Source of the DNA: Tubiluchus corallicola | Lineage: Eukaryota > Animalia > Priapulida | Assembly: GCA_030141605.1 (NCBI GenBank) | Contig: JAQGDQ010002032.1 | Location: 1 to 17,358, forward strand | Direction: 5' to 3' | DNA length: 17,358 nucleotides | Shown here: in pieces, positions 1 through 8,825 of the stretch | Numbering within the stretch: the stretch's first letter is position 1 | How the letters are laid out: every line of letters starts with the position of its first letter | The notes under the pieces: model-generated | Database searches by the model: none | Seen by the model: only the letters and a program-made list of their open reading frames with translations | Told to the model about the DNA's origin: nothing | Program-made: the position numbers and the translations under genes

Positions 1-281
1 TTGCGCCCCACCTACACTGCACATCCATATAATTAGAAAAAAAGCCAATGCACAAGCTGACTGTATAAAGACTATTTTTAGTTAGCAATTTTCAAAGTAG
101 TTAAGCTAAGCGCAATTCAGGTACGACAATAGAACTTAATATGTTGGCATCTTTTTTGTATTTTTCTATTACAATTTATACATATTATTTTTAATAAAAT
201 GATTCACACATCATGAAAAACCAAAACTTTCTAGCACAACACAAGTAATCAAGTTATGGCGTTACGTTACCTGTTAACAAA

Positions 282-330
282 CTATATACGGTTAGATAGA
301 GAATTTCACTGGCTTTCTAACCGTGTATAG
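282..330. repeat. 15-bp inverted repeat, probably a subterminal motif of a non-autonomous DNA transposon occupying much of 1-1140
   Basis: CTATATACGGTTAGA (282-296) and TCTAACCGTGTATAG (316-330), one mismatch. A related TATAACGGTTAGA occurs at 651 and a CpG-rich core at about 730-910. Element ends are not resolved. Confidence 0.4.
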
Positions 331-1182
331 CAAGACTAAATTCGCTTTAGTACTGCGTTCGTAATGGCGGTTGAAAGTACGAATTCATGTTTGAGGTTCA
401 CACTAATGTTAAATATTAACGAATAAATCATAAATTCATAGACTCAGTGAACAGATGAAAATACTGCTTTCATGCTGCTTTGTAAATACAAAACCGGGTG
501 ACTGAGATTACATTTTGTCAGCTCATGGAAAAAAATGGGATTGCATGAAATTGTTTTCACAAACAACATTCTAAATTTCTTGACATATTGACATAAAGGA
601 CAAGTAAAGGCCTAGTTAAAGCAAGTCTCAGAAAATTTTAGCTAAAGGATTATAACGGTTAGAGGTAATCTTAAGCGTTTATCATACTCACGTTAAAAGA
701 ATTTCCTGTTTGTTTTCATTTTAAATATTCCCGCGAGACTGTCACGGCGCCGCCATATTAGATGGCGTCACAGAACCACAACACAAATCTTTATAGTACA
801 CGTGCTCAGAACTCACTGCGTCTGTGTTCGAGTGATGTCATGTCACGTGATCGGTCACGTGCCGGCTTTTCAATTGGCGGACTAAATGAAACATGTCTGC
901 GCCAACGTTTACTGCAGCGGTTGAAATATTTTACAAAAATTGGAGTAAATGCAAAAACGTGAGTACTTCATTCGCTCAAGATTATACTTAGGTTATAATT
1001 TTCTATTGCAAATTTTCTGAGGCTTACTTTGGTTGGCCATTTTCTTGTCCTTTAAAAATGAAGATATTGCATTTACAGAAAACGTGGAAATAAAAAATGC
1101 AAATTATGTTTTGAGTTTTTCTTGGACGGGGCAGCGTACATGTATGATGTAATTTTATCAATAACATGTCAAAGTAAATTAC

Positions 1183-1408
1183 CAGTGTTCTGGATGGACA
1201 TGTGCTTGACAGCATGAGTGTAGAAAACACGTGCAGCTTGTCGATTGCTGGTTATTAGACTGATGTGTCTCTCTAACATCTCCTCCGGTGGTTTATCAAC
1301 AGGCATGTAACTGTTGAACAGCAATGCGACAATTCGCCGAGCAATGGGAGTGTTTGTCTCCACTTCCAACTGTGCTAAGATGTTATCCACTGGAGTAATG
1401 TACCAGTA
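1183..1408 (-). CDS. NCAPG2: NCAPG2 internal exon (last found in window)
   Basis: gattttag|TAC TGG TAC...ACT G|gtaatt; 226 nt. Encodes YWYITPVDNILAQLEVETNTPIARRIVALLFNSYMP...AARVFYTHAVKHMSIQNT. The gene continues beyond position 1. Confidence 0.93.
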
Positions 1409-1494
1409 CTAAAATCAAATAATCCAGCTAAATACAGACACAAATTTTACAGAAAATGGATTTATTAGTGACAGGTACTATGGTACTATGAGTG

Positions 1495-2020
1495 CAGGGA
1501 TGAGAATTTTCCTTGGATACGCGGAATTCCGAGTTTTTGGAAGACCAGTAGTGCCATTTTTGTAAATCACGTAAATTCGTTGAAAATTTTTTTTACGGAC
1601 TCTGTACATTATTTCACAAGCTGACCGCTAGGTGGCAGGCCGTCACTTTGTTTACATCACGTACATCAGTGTAACCACGTGTATATCTCTATGTATAGAA
1701 ATATAGAATCAATTGTGCGGAGTTATTTGAGTCAATTGCAGACAGTTTTTATTTACTTTTGCATAGGAGCGGCCAGTACTTGGGTGTTTTTGAGACAATT
1801 AGGTATCATGTATCCTTGATAGCTGGGTATTTTAAATTATGCATGAAAACAAGGTAATTGATATTTTAAGTCCACTTAGAAGTTCTCTATGGTCACAAAA
1901 TTGCAATTTGTTGCTGGCTCCAAGGGGGTTTTGCCCCCCCGAACCCCCATGGGGGCCTACTCGGGCCCCAAACCCTCGGCCTGTTTCAGAGCTTTTTGCA
2001 ATTTGTCGTTCTCATCCCAG
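1495..2020. mobile_element. Non-autonomous DNA transposon (MITE, hAT-like CAGGG termini), copy 1
   Basis: Starts CAGGGATGAGAA and ends TTCTCATCCCAG (imperfect terminal inverted repeat, TIR). The element is the reverse complement of 3121-3628. No clear TSD. Confidence 0.8.
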
Positions 2021-2137
2021 TTGCCAGACAAAAGCGGGGAGACGTCGGTCCGAATTTGCTGATTGTCTGCATTTTCAAATACTAAGCTAATACAGTAGGT
2101 GCCGTGTATTAGACTCATGGTGATGTAGAATCAATCT

Positions 2138-2333
2138 CCTAATTGTCTCAAAAACGCCAAGTACGAGCCGCTCATATGCAAAGTACACAAAAGGCAATTG
2201 ACTCAAATAATTCCGCATAATTGACTCTATTTTTATATATAGAGATGTACACGTGGTTACATTGATGTAATCGGTACAAAGTGACGGTACGTCAAGTTGC
2301 GGTCTGTTCGTGAAACAATGGACTGTGTCCATA
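2138..2333. repeat. Diverged stand-alone copy of the internal module of MITE copies 1 and 2
   Basis: CCTAATTGTCTCAAAAA...CAATTGACTCAAATAA...ACAAAGTGACGG...GTCCATA aligns with 3322-3531 (direct) and 1594-1803 (inverted), without the MITE ends. Confidence 0.7.
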
Positions 2334-2775
2334 GCATGCAGGACTTTTTAATTGCCCAGCTTTTGTCCGATTTATATCCACAAAAGTGGCGTCCAGCAAA
2401 CCGATATATGAGTGTATTTGCTAACTGACTTATCAAAATGCAAATCTCAACTCATAACCTAATTGTAGAGGTATTTTAGCGGTTTATACTACAGCAAAAA
2501 AGGTATATCACACCAGTAATTAATAATTTAACAAATTTGCATTAATTTCAGTCTTGATATCAAGAATATTCAACCATATTTTAGGTAATAATCAACTTTC
2601 CATATCTTCTTATATTATATAAATCAGCGAAAATATTAGGTACGCCAACTAGATGAAATTTTAGAGATTTGTATGCTGAAGAAATTTAGAAACACAAAAT
2701 TTGTGGTGCCATGAAAGTGGAGAGTCCAATGGATCCTAACAGCATACCCAAATACGAGTTACTATACATGGAGTA

Positions 2776-3066
2776 GAGCCTGGTTAGTACTTGGATAGGC
2801 TCCTGCAACCAACCTGGTGCCAAACATATCGTTCCGCTTTTCTTTGGACTACACCAGGGAGGAAGAGAGAAGAGTTGTCTGGGCAACTCAGGATCTCCAT
2901 ACACCTTGTCCAGACGTGCGCCCTAGAGACTCCAGTGGTTCAAGGATCGGATTGCTCAGTCACAGTCGACGCTGCAGCTCCAACAATGTGATCAATAACT
3001 GACTCTCTTGGCGCACACTCCATTGTCTTCCGAGACAGAAGGATGCCAACAACAACAACAACAACA
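2776..3066 (+). mobile_element. Second, 5'-truncated and internally deleted copy of the 5S/RTE SINE
   Basis: 5S fragment GAGCCTGGTTAGTACTTGGAT joined directly to GCTCCTGCAACCAACCTGGTGCC; SRIGLLSHSRRC...NN* at 2940-3002; (CAA)n tail; 12-bp TSD ATACATGGAGTA (2764-2775 and 3067-3078). Confidence 0.88.
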
Positions 3067-3120
3067 ATACATGGAGTACTGATAATAAAAGGACACTTAG
3101 GTACACAACCATACATAACT

Positions 3121-3628
3121 CAGGGATGAGAATGACAAGCTGTAAAAAACTCTGAAACAGGCCGGGGGTTTTCAGGCCACCTAGGCCTCCAATGGAGTTC
3201 AAGGAGGCGAAGCAACAAATTGCAATTTTGTGACCGTAGAGAGCCTCTAAGTGGACTTAAAATATCAGTTACCTTGTTTCATGCATAATTTAAAATACCC
3301 AACTATCAAGGATACATGATACCTAATTGTCTCAAAAATGCCTAAGTACTGGCTGCTCCTATGCAAAAGTATATAAAAACTGTCTGCAATTGACTCAAAT
3401 AACTCCGCACAATTGATGCTATATTTTTATACATAGAGATATACATGTGGTCACACTGATGTACGTGATGTAAACAAAGTGACGGCCTGCCAACTAGTGG
3501 TCAGCTTGTGAAATAATGTACTGGGTCCGTAAAAATTTTCTCAACGAATTTACACGATTTACAAAAATGGCACTACTGGTCTTCCAAAAACTCAAAATTC
3601 CGCGTATCCGCGGAAAATTCTCATCCCG
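3121..3628. mobile_element. Same MITE, copy 2, inverted relative to copy 1
   Basis: CAGGGATGAGAA...TTCTCATCCCG; colinear reverse complement of 1495-2020. No clear TSD. Confidence 0.8.
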
Positions 3629-3810
3629 TAAAAGCCACAGTAACCCATAGATTAATCTACAGGGTATATTTTTCTCAAAAAATTTGCGTAGCAGTAGTTG
3701 CTACACAATTGCAAAAGTCCACTCCTAGCTCATTGAACTCCATTTGCTATTTCATTAATAAAAACACAAATTTAGAAACACGTTCAACAAAATTTCACAA
3801 ACTCACGCAC

Positions 3811-3963
3811 TCGAATAGTTTTCTGAGACTTCAACTTAAGCAGCAGGTTGACGAATGACAGACGAGCTTTTTCAGACACATCATGAATTCCATTACACAT
3901 TGCCGGCATTGCTGCCGCTAGACTAGGATGAGACTTATAGTTGTCGAGCAACAGTGTCAAGCC
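3811..3963 (-). CDS. NCAPG2: NCAPG2 internal exon
   Basis: tttcag|GGC TTG ACA...ATT CGA|gtgcgt; 153 nt. Encodes GLTLLLDNYKSHPSLAAAMPAMCNGIHDVSEKARLSFVNLLLKLKSQKTIR (conserved LDN..SHP and HD.SEK.R..FV..LLK). Not in the ORF track. Confidence 0.92.
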
Positions 3964-4918
3964 CTGAAATGTACATCAAATAAAACTGTTAGATTGCCGT
4001 CGGAGCGCAAAAAATGCACTGAAATTGTTATCTGCAAGAACTCAAGAGTTTCATGACAACTTCCAATATTTCATCACTTTTCAGTAATGCCATTGAAGTC
4101 ATAATTAAAGGTAGAGGATGCATCGAATATTCAGAAAGCAGAGCCCCCCCCCCGGAATATGACTATAAAAAACCAGTCCGGTAAACTTCGGTTGTAATCA
4201 CTAAACCATCGGTATACAGAAGTTATTTTGACAACTGTCTCATTATGTGAAAATTGTAATAAACAAACCAAATATTTCACTTATAAGAATTTATCCGCTT
4301 ACAAAAAGCTGATAGAGACAGCAAACCCGACATGGGCAGCCGACATTTTGTTTTCTCTTTCTGTGTGTCGATAATGATGAATGCGATGCTGCACTGGTGA
4401 CACATAAGTTGTACCAATGTGCAATTATAGAGTTTTTAATTATTTTCAATTGGAGTTATAACACAATTCGCTTCAGTTCCGGTGTTTGTAATTCTTTTTA
4501 ATTGGAACTACAAAATTCGGTTCAGTTTTGCCTCCAGTTGTCCAATTTAGCTTGATACTACATGCATTGATCCGCATGCTGTTTGACAAAAATTTCGAAA
4601 AAATTGCGAGGTGGGTCCGGGAAAACGGCCGTTACGGGACGCCGCGGCCCTCTCGCAAATGCTAAATATGCTACTACACCCAACGCTGAACGGGCTATCT
4701 ATCCATAGCCGGCACCACCCATGGCCCGTTCCCGTTCTCCAGAAATAAGAGGTAGACGTTTTGCAACCGGTGGGCCCGATTCGAAAAATAAACCCCCAAT
4801 GGCACGACACTAGATCGAGACCTTTCGTTTGGTGTATAGATCGCCGTCGTCGAAGCTGTAGCCTCGAACCTTACATATATATATAACTATAACATATAAA
4901 ACTATAACTATATAACTA

Positions 4919-5117
4919 TACAATAAAATGATTTCAAATTTCTACAGGTACCGTCTAGCTGAATTTTAATAGAATGATTGGCTTTGCTGCCTTCCGAATG
5001 CTAAATCGTAAGCGAAATTAATATATACGATTTAGCATTCGGAAGGCAGCAAAGCCAATCATTCTATTAAACTTCAGCTAGACGGTACCTGTAGAAATTT
5101 GAAATCATTTTATTGTA
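4919..5117. repeat. Near-perfect long palindrome (92-bp arms, 15-nt spacer)
   Basis: 4919-5010 is the reverse complement of 5026-5117 with one mismatch by my reading (GCTGAATTTT vs GCTGAAGTTT). Confidence 0.95.
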
Positions 5118-5870
5118 GACGTATACAATGTTCACAGACCATAAAATTGAACAAACAGTCATAAAGTAAGCAATATAATATTTTACAGTAGAAATTTTGC
5201 ATCCTTTCTCAATGCTGTCTCTAGATCAACTGAAACTTGCATGCCTGAGAGAATAAAGCTGTAATCACATGACCAGACATACAAGTTCCTATTGGAAGGT
5301 ACATCACATTCATGCATACAGACCATAAATGGAAAGGTCACCTATACTCTACAGACTACTAGTCAAACCAAAATCAAAGTCTACTTGACTTCTTGATAGC
5401 AGAATAAAGATTATTGGTTTACAGAAAGCTGTGTTATAATGTTATAATTTTTCTCTACTTAAACTTGAATAAGAGAGTTAGATCCAGAATTAAAGCATGA
5501 AATTAACAATCTAATTACTCTGATTAATGACTATCTATAAAAGCAAAAGGAAGTAATATTTAGAAACAAAAATCAATCTCTGACAAACTTTGTACAATTA
5601 GAGTAAAACAACGACTGTAGATGGCAGCATAGACTAATTCAGTACTCAAGTGTAGTAGACTGACAATTAAATGGGTCACATAATACTACAATCGTGTACT
5701 CGGTACAATAAGCGACAGTACCAAAGCATAAAAAAATTGGTTTAGGCTCGGTTGATAAATAGAGGCTACTAACACCTAATGCAAATTCTTCAAAGGCAAT
5801 ATCTATGCAGCAGGTGCATTTTGTATAATAAATTACAAACCACACTTACAAATTTACAATAGCAAAGTAC

Positions 5871-6050
5871 CTGATATACAGCCATGCGAACGGACGCTGA
5901 ACTAACATCAAAAGCCAATCCTCTAATCAGCTTATCGAGTAGATCTGTCGCAACTTGAGCAGGCATCCACTCCCAGTAACGTTTGCACAGTCGGCAGACT
6001 CCTAGGGCAGTTGTAGCCCGAGCGGCGGGGTTTGGATCTTGAAACAATCC
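5871..6050 (-). CDS. NCAPG2: NCAPG2 internal exon
   Basis: tttcag|GGA TTG TTT...TAT CAG|gtactt; 180 nt. Encodes GLFQDPNPAARATTALGVCRLCKRYWEWMP...LAFDVSSASVRMAVYQ, a HEAT-like segment with LGVC, YWE.MP and LAFD.SS..VR. Confidence 0.95.
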
Positions 6051-6220
6051 CTGAAATAGAATATCAGTGAAATGAAACTGCAGGAATATTTAAAGTTTAG
6101 GTAAACAGGTTAAATTTATTAAAGCTAATGTTAGAAAATTAAAAATTCACTGCTGAAAGCTTAGGTTCTTTTAAATCCTCGTACAACACTGAACTTTATA
6201 CATGCCTTGACGAATGAAAC

Positions 6221-6437
6221 TAGTGTTGCCACCAGATGGATATCCAACAGTCAAACAAACTGAATACATTAGCATAAATCTACCAAACTTTATTGACAGA
6301 ATAGCCACTAAAGGTCTCCTGTCAAGCTCTTCAAGTGTTGCCAAAGAAAATCGACAGCCTGGTTACTGCTTCAGTATTTCACTCGTGCTAGAATTTAAAA
6401 ATACGACTAACTGTGGGACATCCAACTGGCAACACAG
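6221..6437. mobile_element. Small MITE with ~30-bp AGTGTTGCCA-type (hAT-like) terminal inverted repeats
   Basis: The left end AGTGTTGCCACCAGATGGATATCCAACAGT is the reverse complement of ACTGTGGGACATCCAACTGGCAACAC (6410-6435), with a few mismatches and a 3-nt indel. Confidence 0.5.
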
Positions 6438-6679
6438 TGTGGTCAAATCCATCTTGTGATTGGTTAAAACTGATTAACTAAGGGACATCCACCTGGCAAC
6501 ACAGTGTGGTCAAATCCATCTTGTGATTGGTTAAAACTGATTAACTAAGGGACATCCACCTGGCAACACAGTGTGGTCAAATCCATATTATGTTTGGTTA
6601 AAACAGATTAACTGAACGACATCCAACTGGCAACACAGTATAGTCAAATCCAGCTTGTGATTGTTTAAAACTGAATAAT
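6408..6679. repeat. 67-bp tandem repeat, 4 copies
   Basis: Unit GGGACATCCACCTGGCAACACAGTGTGGTCAAATCCATCTTGTGATTGGTTAAAACTGATTAACTAA starts at 6415, 6482, 6549 and 6616 (the last copy is more diverged). Confidence 0.93.
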
Positions 6680-6769
6680 TACGTCCGAAATAGTCTGATA
6701 AAAATTTTCATGGTAATTTTTCATATTGGAGGTTGACTACCTTTTTTGACAAATTCTTTGATTGTTCAG

Positions 6770-7514
6770 TCTATGGTGAAATTTAACACATCTTGTTATA
6801 AGACCGAACTCGCTAGAAGGCCAACTTTTTTCCGGTCCCAAAGTGCAGGGAGGAAAATGACAAATTGCAAAAACCCCTGAAACAGGCCGGGGGGTTGAGG
6901 GCAGCAACAATTTGCATTTTGTGACCAGAGAGAGCCTAAGTGGACTTAAAATATCAATTATCTTGTTTCATGCATAATTTAAAATACCCAACTATCAAGG
7001 ATACATGATACATATGATCGTGAAGCTTCAAAAAATTAACAAATTTTATTTTGTATATATTTTGTTGCCTATATTTCATAAATTATAAAATTAAACTTGG
7101 TTTTATTCAAATTAGTGCTGTGGTATTTCGGTTGTTTGTGTCTGGAGGCGTCAAAGCTTCAAATTTGTCAGCAATGAAGATATGCCACATTGCCATAAAA
7201 GGCATGCTACAAATCCTACAGATTATGAAATAAACGATATTAACACGCTTCATTTGAACTATTTTAGCCAAAATTTTTCAGCGATTTTTAACATCTAGGA
7301 GATAAAAGGTAAGTTGGATAAATACCTTGAAAAAATTCTACTAAAAGTTTCGGTTACGATTTCGACGAAAACAGGTTCGACCCTGAAGAATTTTCTCAAC
7401 GAATTTACGCGATTTACAAAAATGGCACTACTGGTCTTCCAAAAACTCGGAATTCTGCGTATCTGCGGAAAATTCTCATCCCCGAAAGTGGGCGGTATAA
7501 ATAGGTTTAACTAT
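6770..7514. mobile_element. Tc1/mariner-type MITE remnant interrupted by MITE copy 3
   Basis: Removing 6846-7484 plus one AAAGTG restores TTTTTTCCGGTCCCAAAGTGGGCGGTATAAATAGGTTTAACTATA, which resembles ...AGGTTTGACTG|TA termini. The left boundary is uncertain. Confidence 0.4.
6846..7484. mobile_element. Same MITE family, copy 3, with a different interior
   Basis: 6846-7011 and 7389-7484 match the two ends of copy 2, while 7012-7388 is unrelated to copy 2. Flanked by AAAGTG on both sides (6840-6845 and 7485-7490). Confidence 0.75.
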
Positions 7515-7524
7515 ATATACGTAC

Positions 7525-7650
7525 AATGATGATATCGAATTGCTTCTGCAATAACGCATCATTCGTATCTTTCGTTCCCTCTTCATCTTGCAGCGGGAAA
7601 GCATCAAACAGCAACAGAACTGCATTTGCACGAACTTGACCATTGGCTAC
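7525..7650 (-). CDS. NCAPG2: NCAPG2 internal exon
   Basis: ttacag|GTA GCC AAT...ATC ATT|gtacgt; 126 nt. Encodes VANGQVRANAVLLLFDAFPLQDEEGTKDTNDALLQKQFDIII (conserved N..VR.NA..L...AFP..D and QKQF). Confidence 0.94.
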
Positions 7651-7949
7651 CTGTAAATACGTCAATAAATATCCTCCACCACAACAATAATGTAGCGCAC
7701 AAAGCACTTTCGTAAGACATGTTAGGTGTCTAAAGTAAATCCTTACTCAACAATGCCCAGAATAGTTTCGGCTTATTGTGAACTGATTTTCAAATTTATT
7801 TTATGATCTTTATAAACTTATTTCAGTAACAGTAGAGCACATGGCTACAGTGTCTAAATGTAATCATTTTCTCACCTGACTGGTTTCTGTTACATTCCCT
7901 GAGTTCAACCAGTCTTAGCCGGTTTGAGCTTTCTAGTTCAATCAAGGTA

Positions 7950-8025
7950 CAGTGTTCCCTCACTTATCGTGGGTATTCCATTCCAGGCCCACCCGTCATA
8001 AGTGAATTTCCGCAAAGTAGGGGCG
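7950..8025 (+). mobile_element. Tigger/pogo-like transposon terminus (fragment)
   Basis: TA|CAGTGTTCCCTCACTTATCG with a subterminal inverted repeat CACTTAT...ATAAGTG. No partner TIR seen. Confidence 0.5.
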
Positions 8026-8104
8026 CTATACTTATTTTAGTAGTTATACATTATTTTATACTTTATACATTATACAAGGTCTAAGTGGCAGAATAGATAC
8101 TTAC

Positions 8105-8290
8105 TTTTAGATTTCTCCACAATATGGGTTCATACAGTCTAAGCAACAAGCTGTCGATTCCTCGAAATTTCTTATGATCATGAAAATATCGCAAAACCTT
8201 CTGGATTGAAGAAGCGAATGTCCGCCCTCCAACGCGAGTGGCCATAATCGCCCGATACATAAGATCTTGAATGCAATACGTCTCTATTTT
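8105..8290 (-). CDS. NCAPG2: NCAPG2 internal exon
   Basis: tttttag|AAA ATA GAG...CTA AAA|gtaagt; 186 nt. Encodes KIETYCIQDLMYRAI...LLRLYEPILWRNLK (conserved CIQD.M and LY.PILWR.LK). Confidence 0.94.
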
Positions 8291-8458
8291 CTAAAAAGGT
8301 ATAAAAACACACGGTAGAACAACTCCTCAAAAGACACACGTACAAAAAATCCAACTCAGAAATTTGGTAATTCAACTGCACAGATGTAAAGTTGCCCGAC
8401 TTTTTGATCCGTCTACTGCAATCAAGTTTCAGCTGTTTTAATGAAGATTATTAATTAC

Positions 8459-8528
8459 CTCACGCAAATGACCAGTTGTGTTCACCCAAGCTCTAAAGTA
8501 AATCTCTCCAAAATAACCAAGAGTTGTC
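8459..8528 (-). CDS. NCAPG2: NCAPG2 internal exon (70 nt)
   Basis: ttcttag|G ACA ACT...CGT GAG|gtaatt. Completes the split TC|G codon and encodes TTLGYFGEIYFRAWVNTTGHLRE with the conserved EIYFRAW motif. Confidence 0.92.
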
Positions 8529-8542
8529 CTAAGAATAAATCA

Positions 8543-8577
<35 letters not shown>

Positions 8578-8600
8578 TTATTTCACTCCAGCAATACATA
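8543..8600 (-). repeat. (TTGA)n microsatellite preceded by AATAAA: probable LINE 3' tail
   Basis: The minus strand reads GCTGGAGTGAAATAAATTGATTGATTGA..., with (AATC)n at 8543-8576 on the plus strand. Confidence 0.6.
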
Positions 8601-8705
8601 TACAATACATCAACATACCATATTATTGAAAAAAACAGTATAGGTAAGAAAAAAACGTTGATGAAGTCAAATTAACCAAATAAAAGAGTTGCTGTATGAC
8701 ACCTT

Positions 8706-8825
8706 GACTACGGCCATATCACTTTGAAAACACCGGTTCTCGTCTGATCACCGAAGTTAAGCAACGTAGAGCCTGGTTAGTACTTGGACGGGTGACCACC
8801 TAGGAATACCAGGTGCTGTAGGCTT
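8706..8825 (+). pseudogene. 5S rRNA-derived sequence (SINE head with Pol III type-1 internal promoter)
   Basis: 120 nt, GACTACGGCCATATC...GTGCTGTAGGCTT, colinear with metazoan 5S rRNA. A box AGTTAAGCAACGTAG at 8755-8769 and C-box region GTACTTGGACGGGTGACC at 8780-8797. No oligo-T terminator follows; the sequence runs straight into the SINE body. Confidence 0.9.

Noticed and set aside
1-1182. Next downstream NCAPG2 exon
   Set aside because: I found no phase-compatible AG-GT segment with CAP-G2 similarity. It probably lies beyond the window, though a short divergent exon could have been missed.
4547-4870. GC-rich ORF 4547-4810 or promoter island
   Set aside because: No recognisable protein. 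The region is more likely the interior of an unclassified interspersed repeat, which I cannot delimit.
8706-8825. Functional 5S rRNA gene
   Set aside because: It has no oligo-T terminator, its first two bases belong to the TSD (GA instead of the GC needed to pair with GTAGGC), and it is fused to a retroposon body with a tail and TSD.
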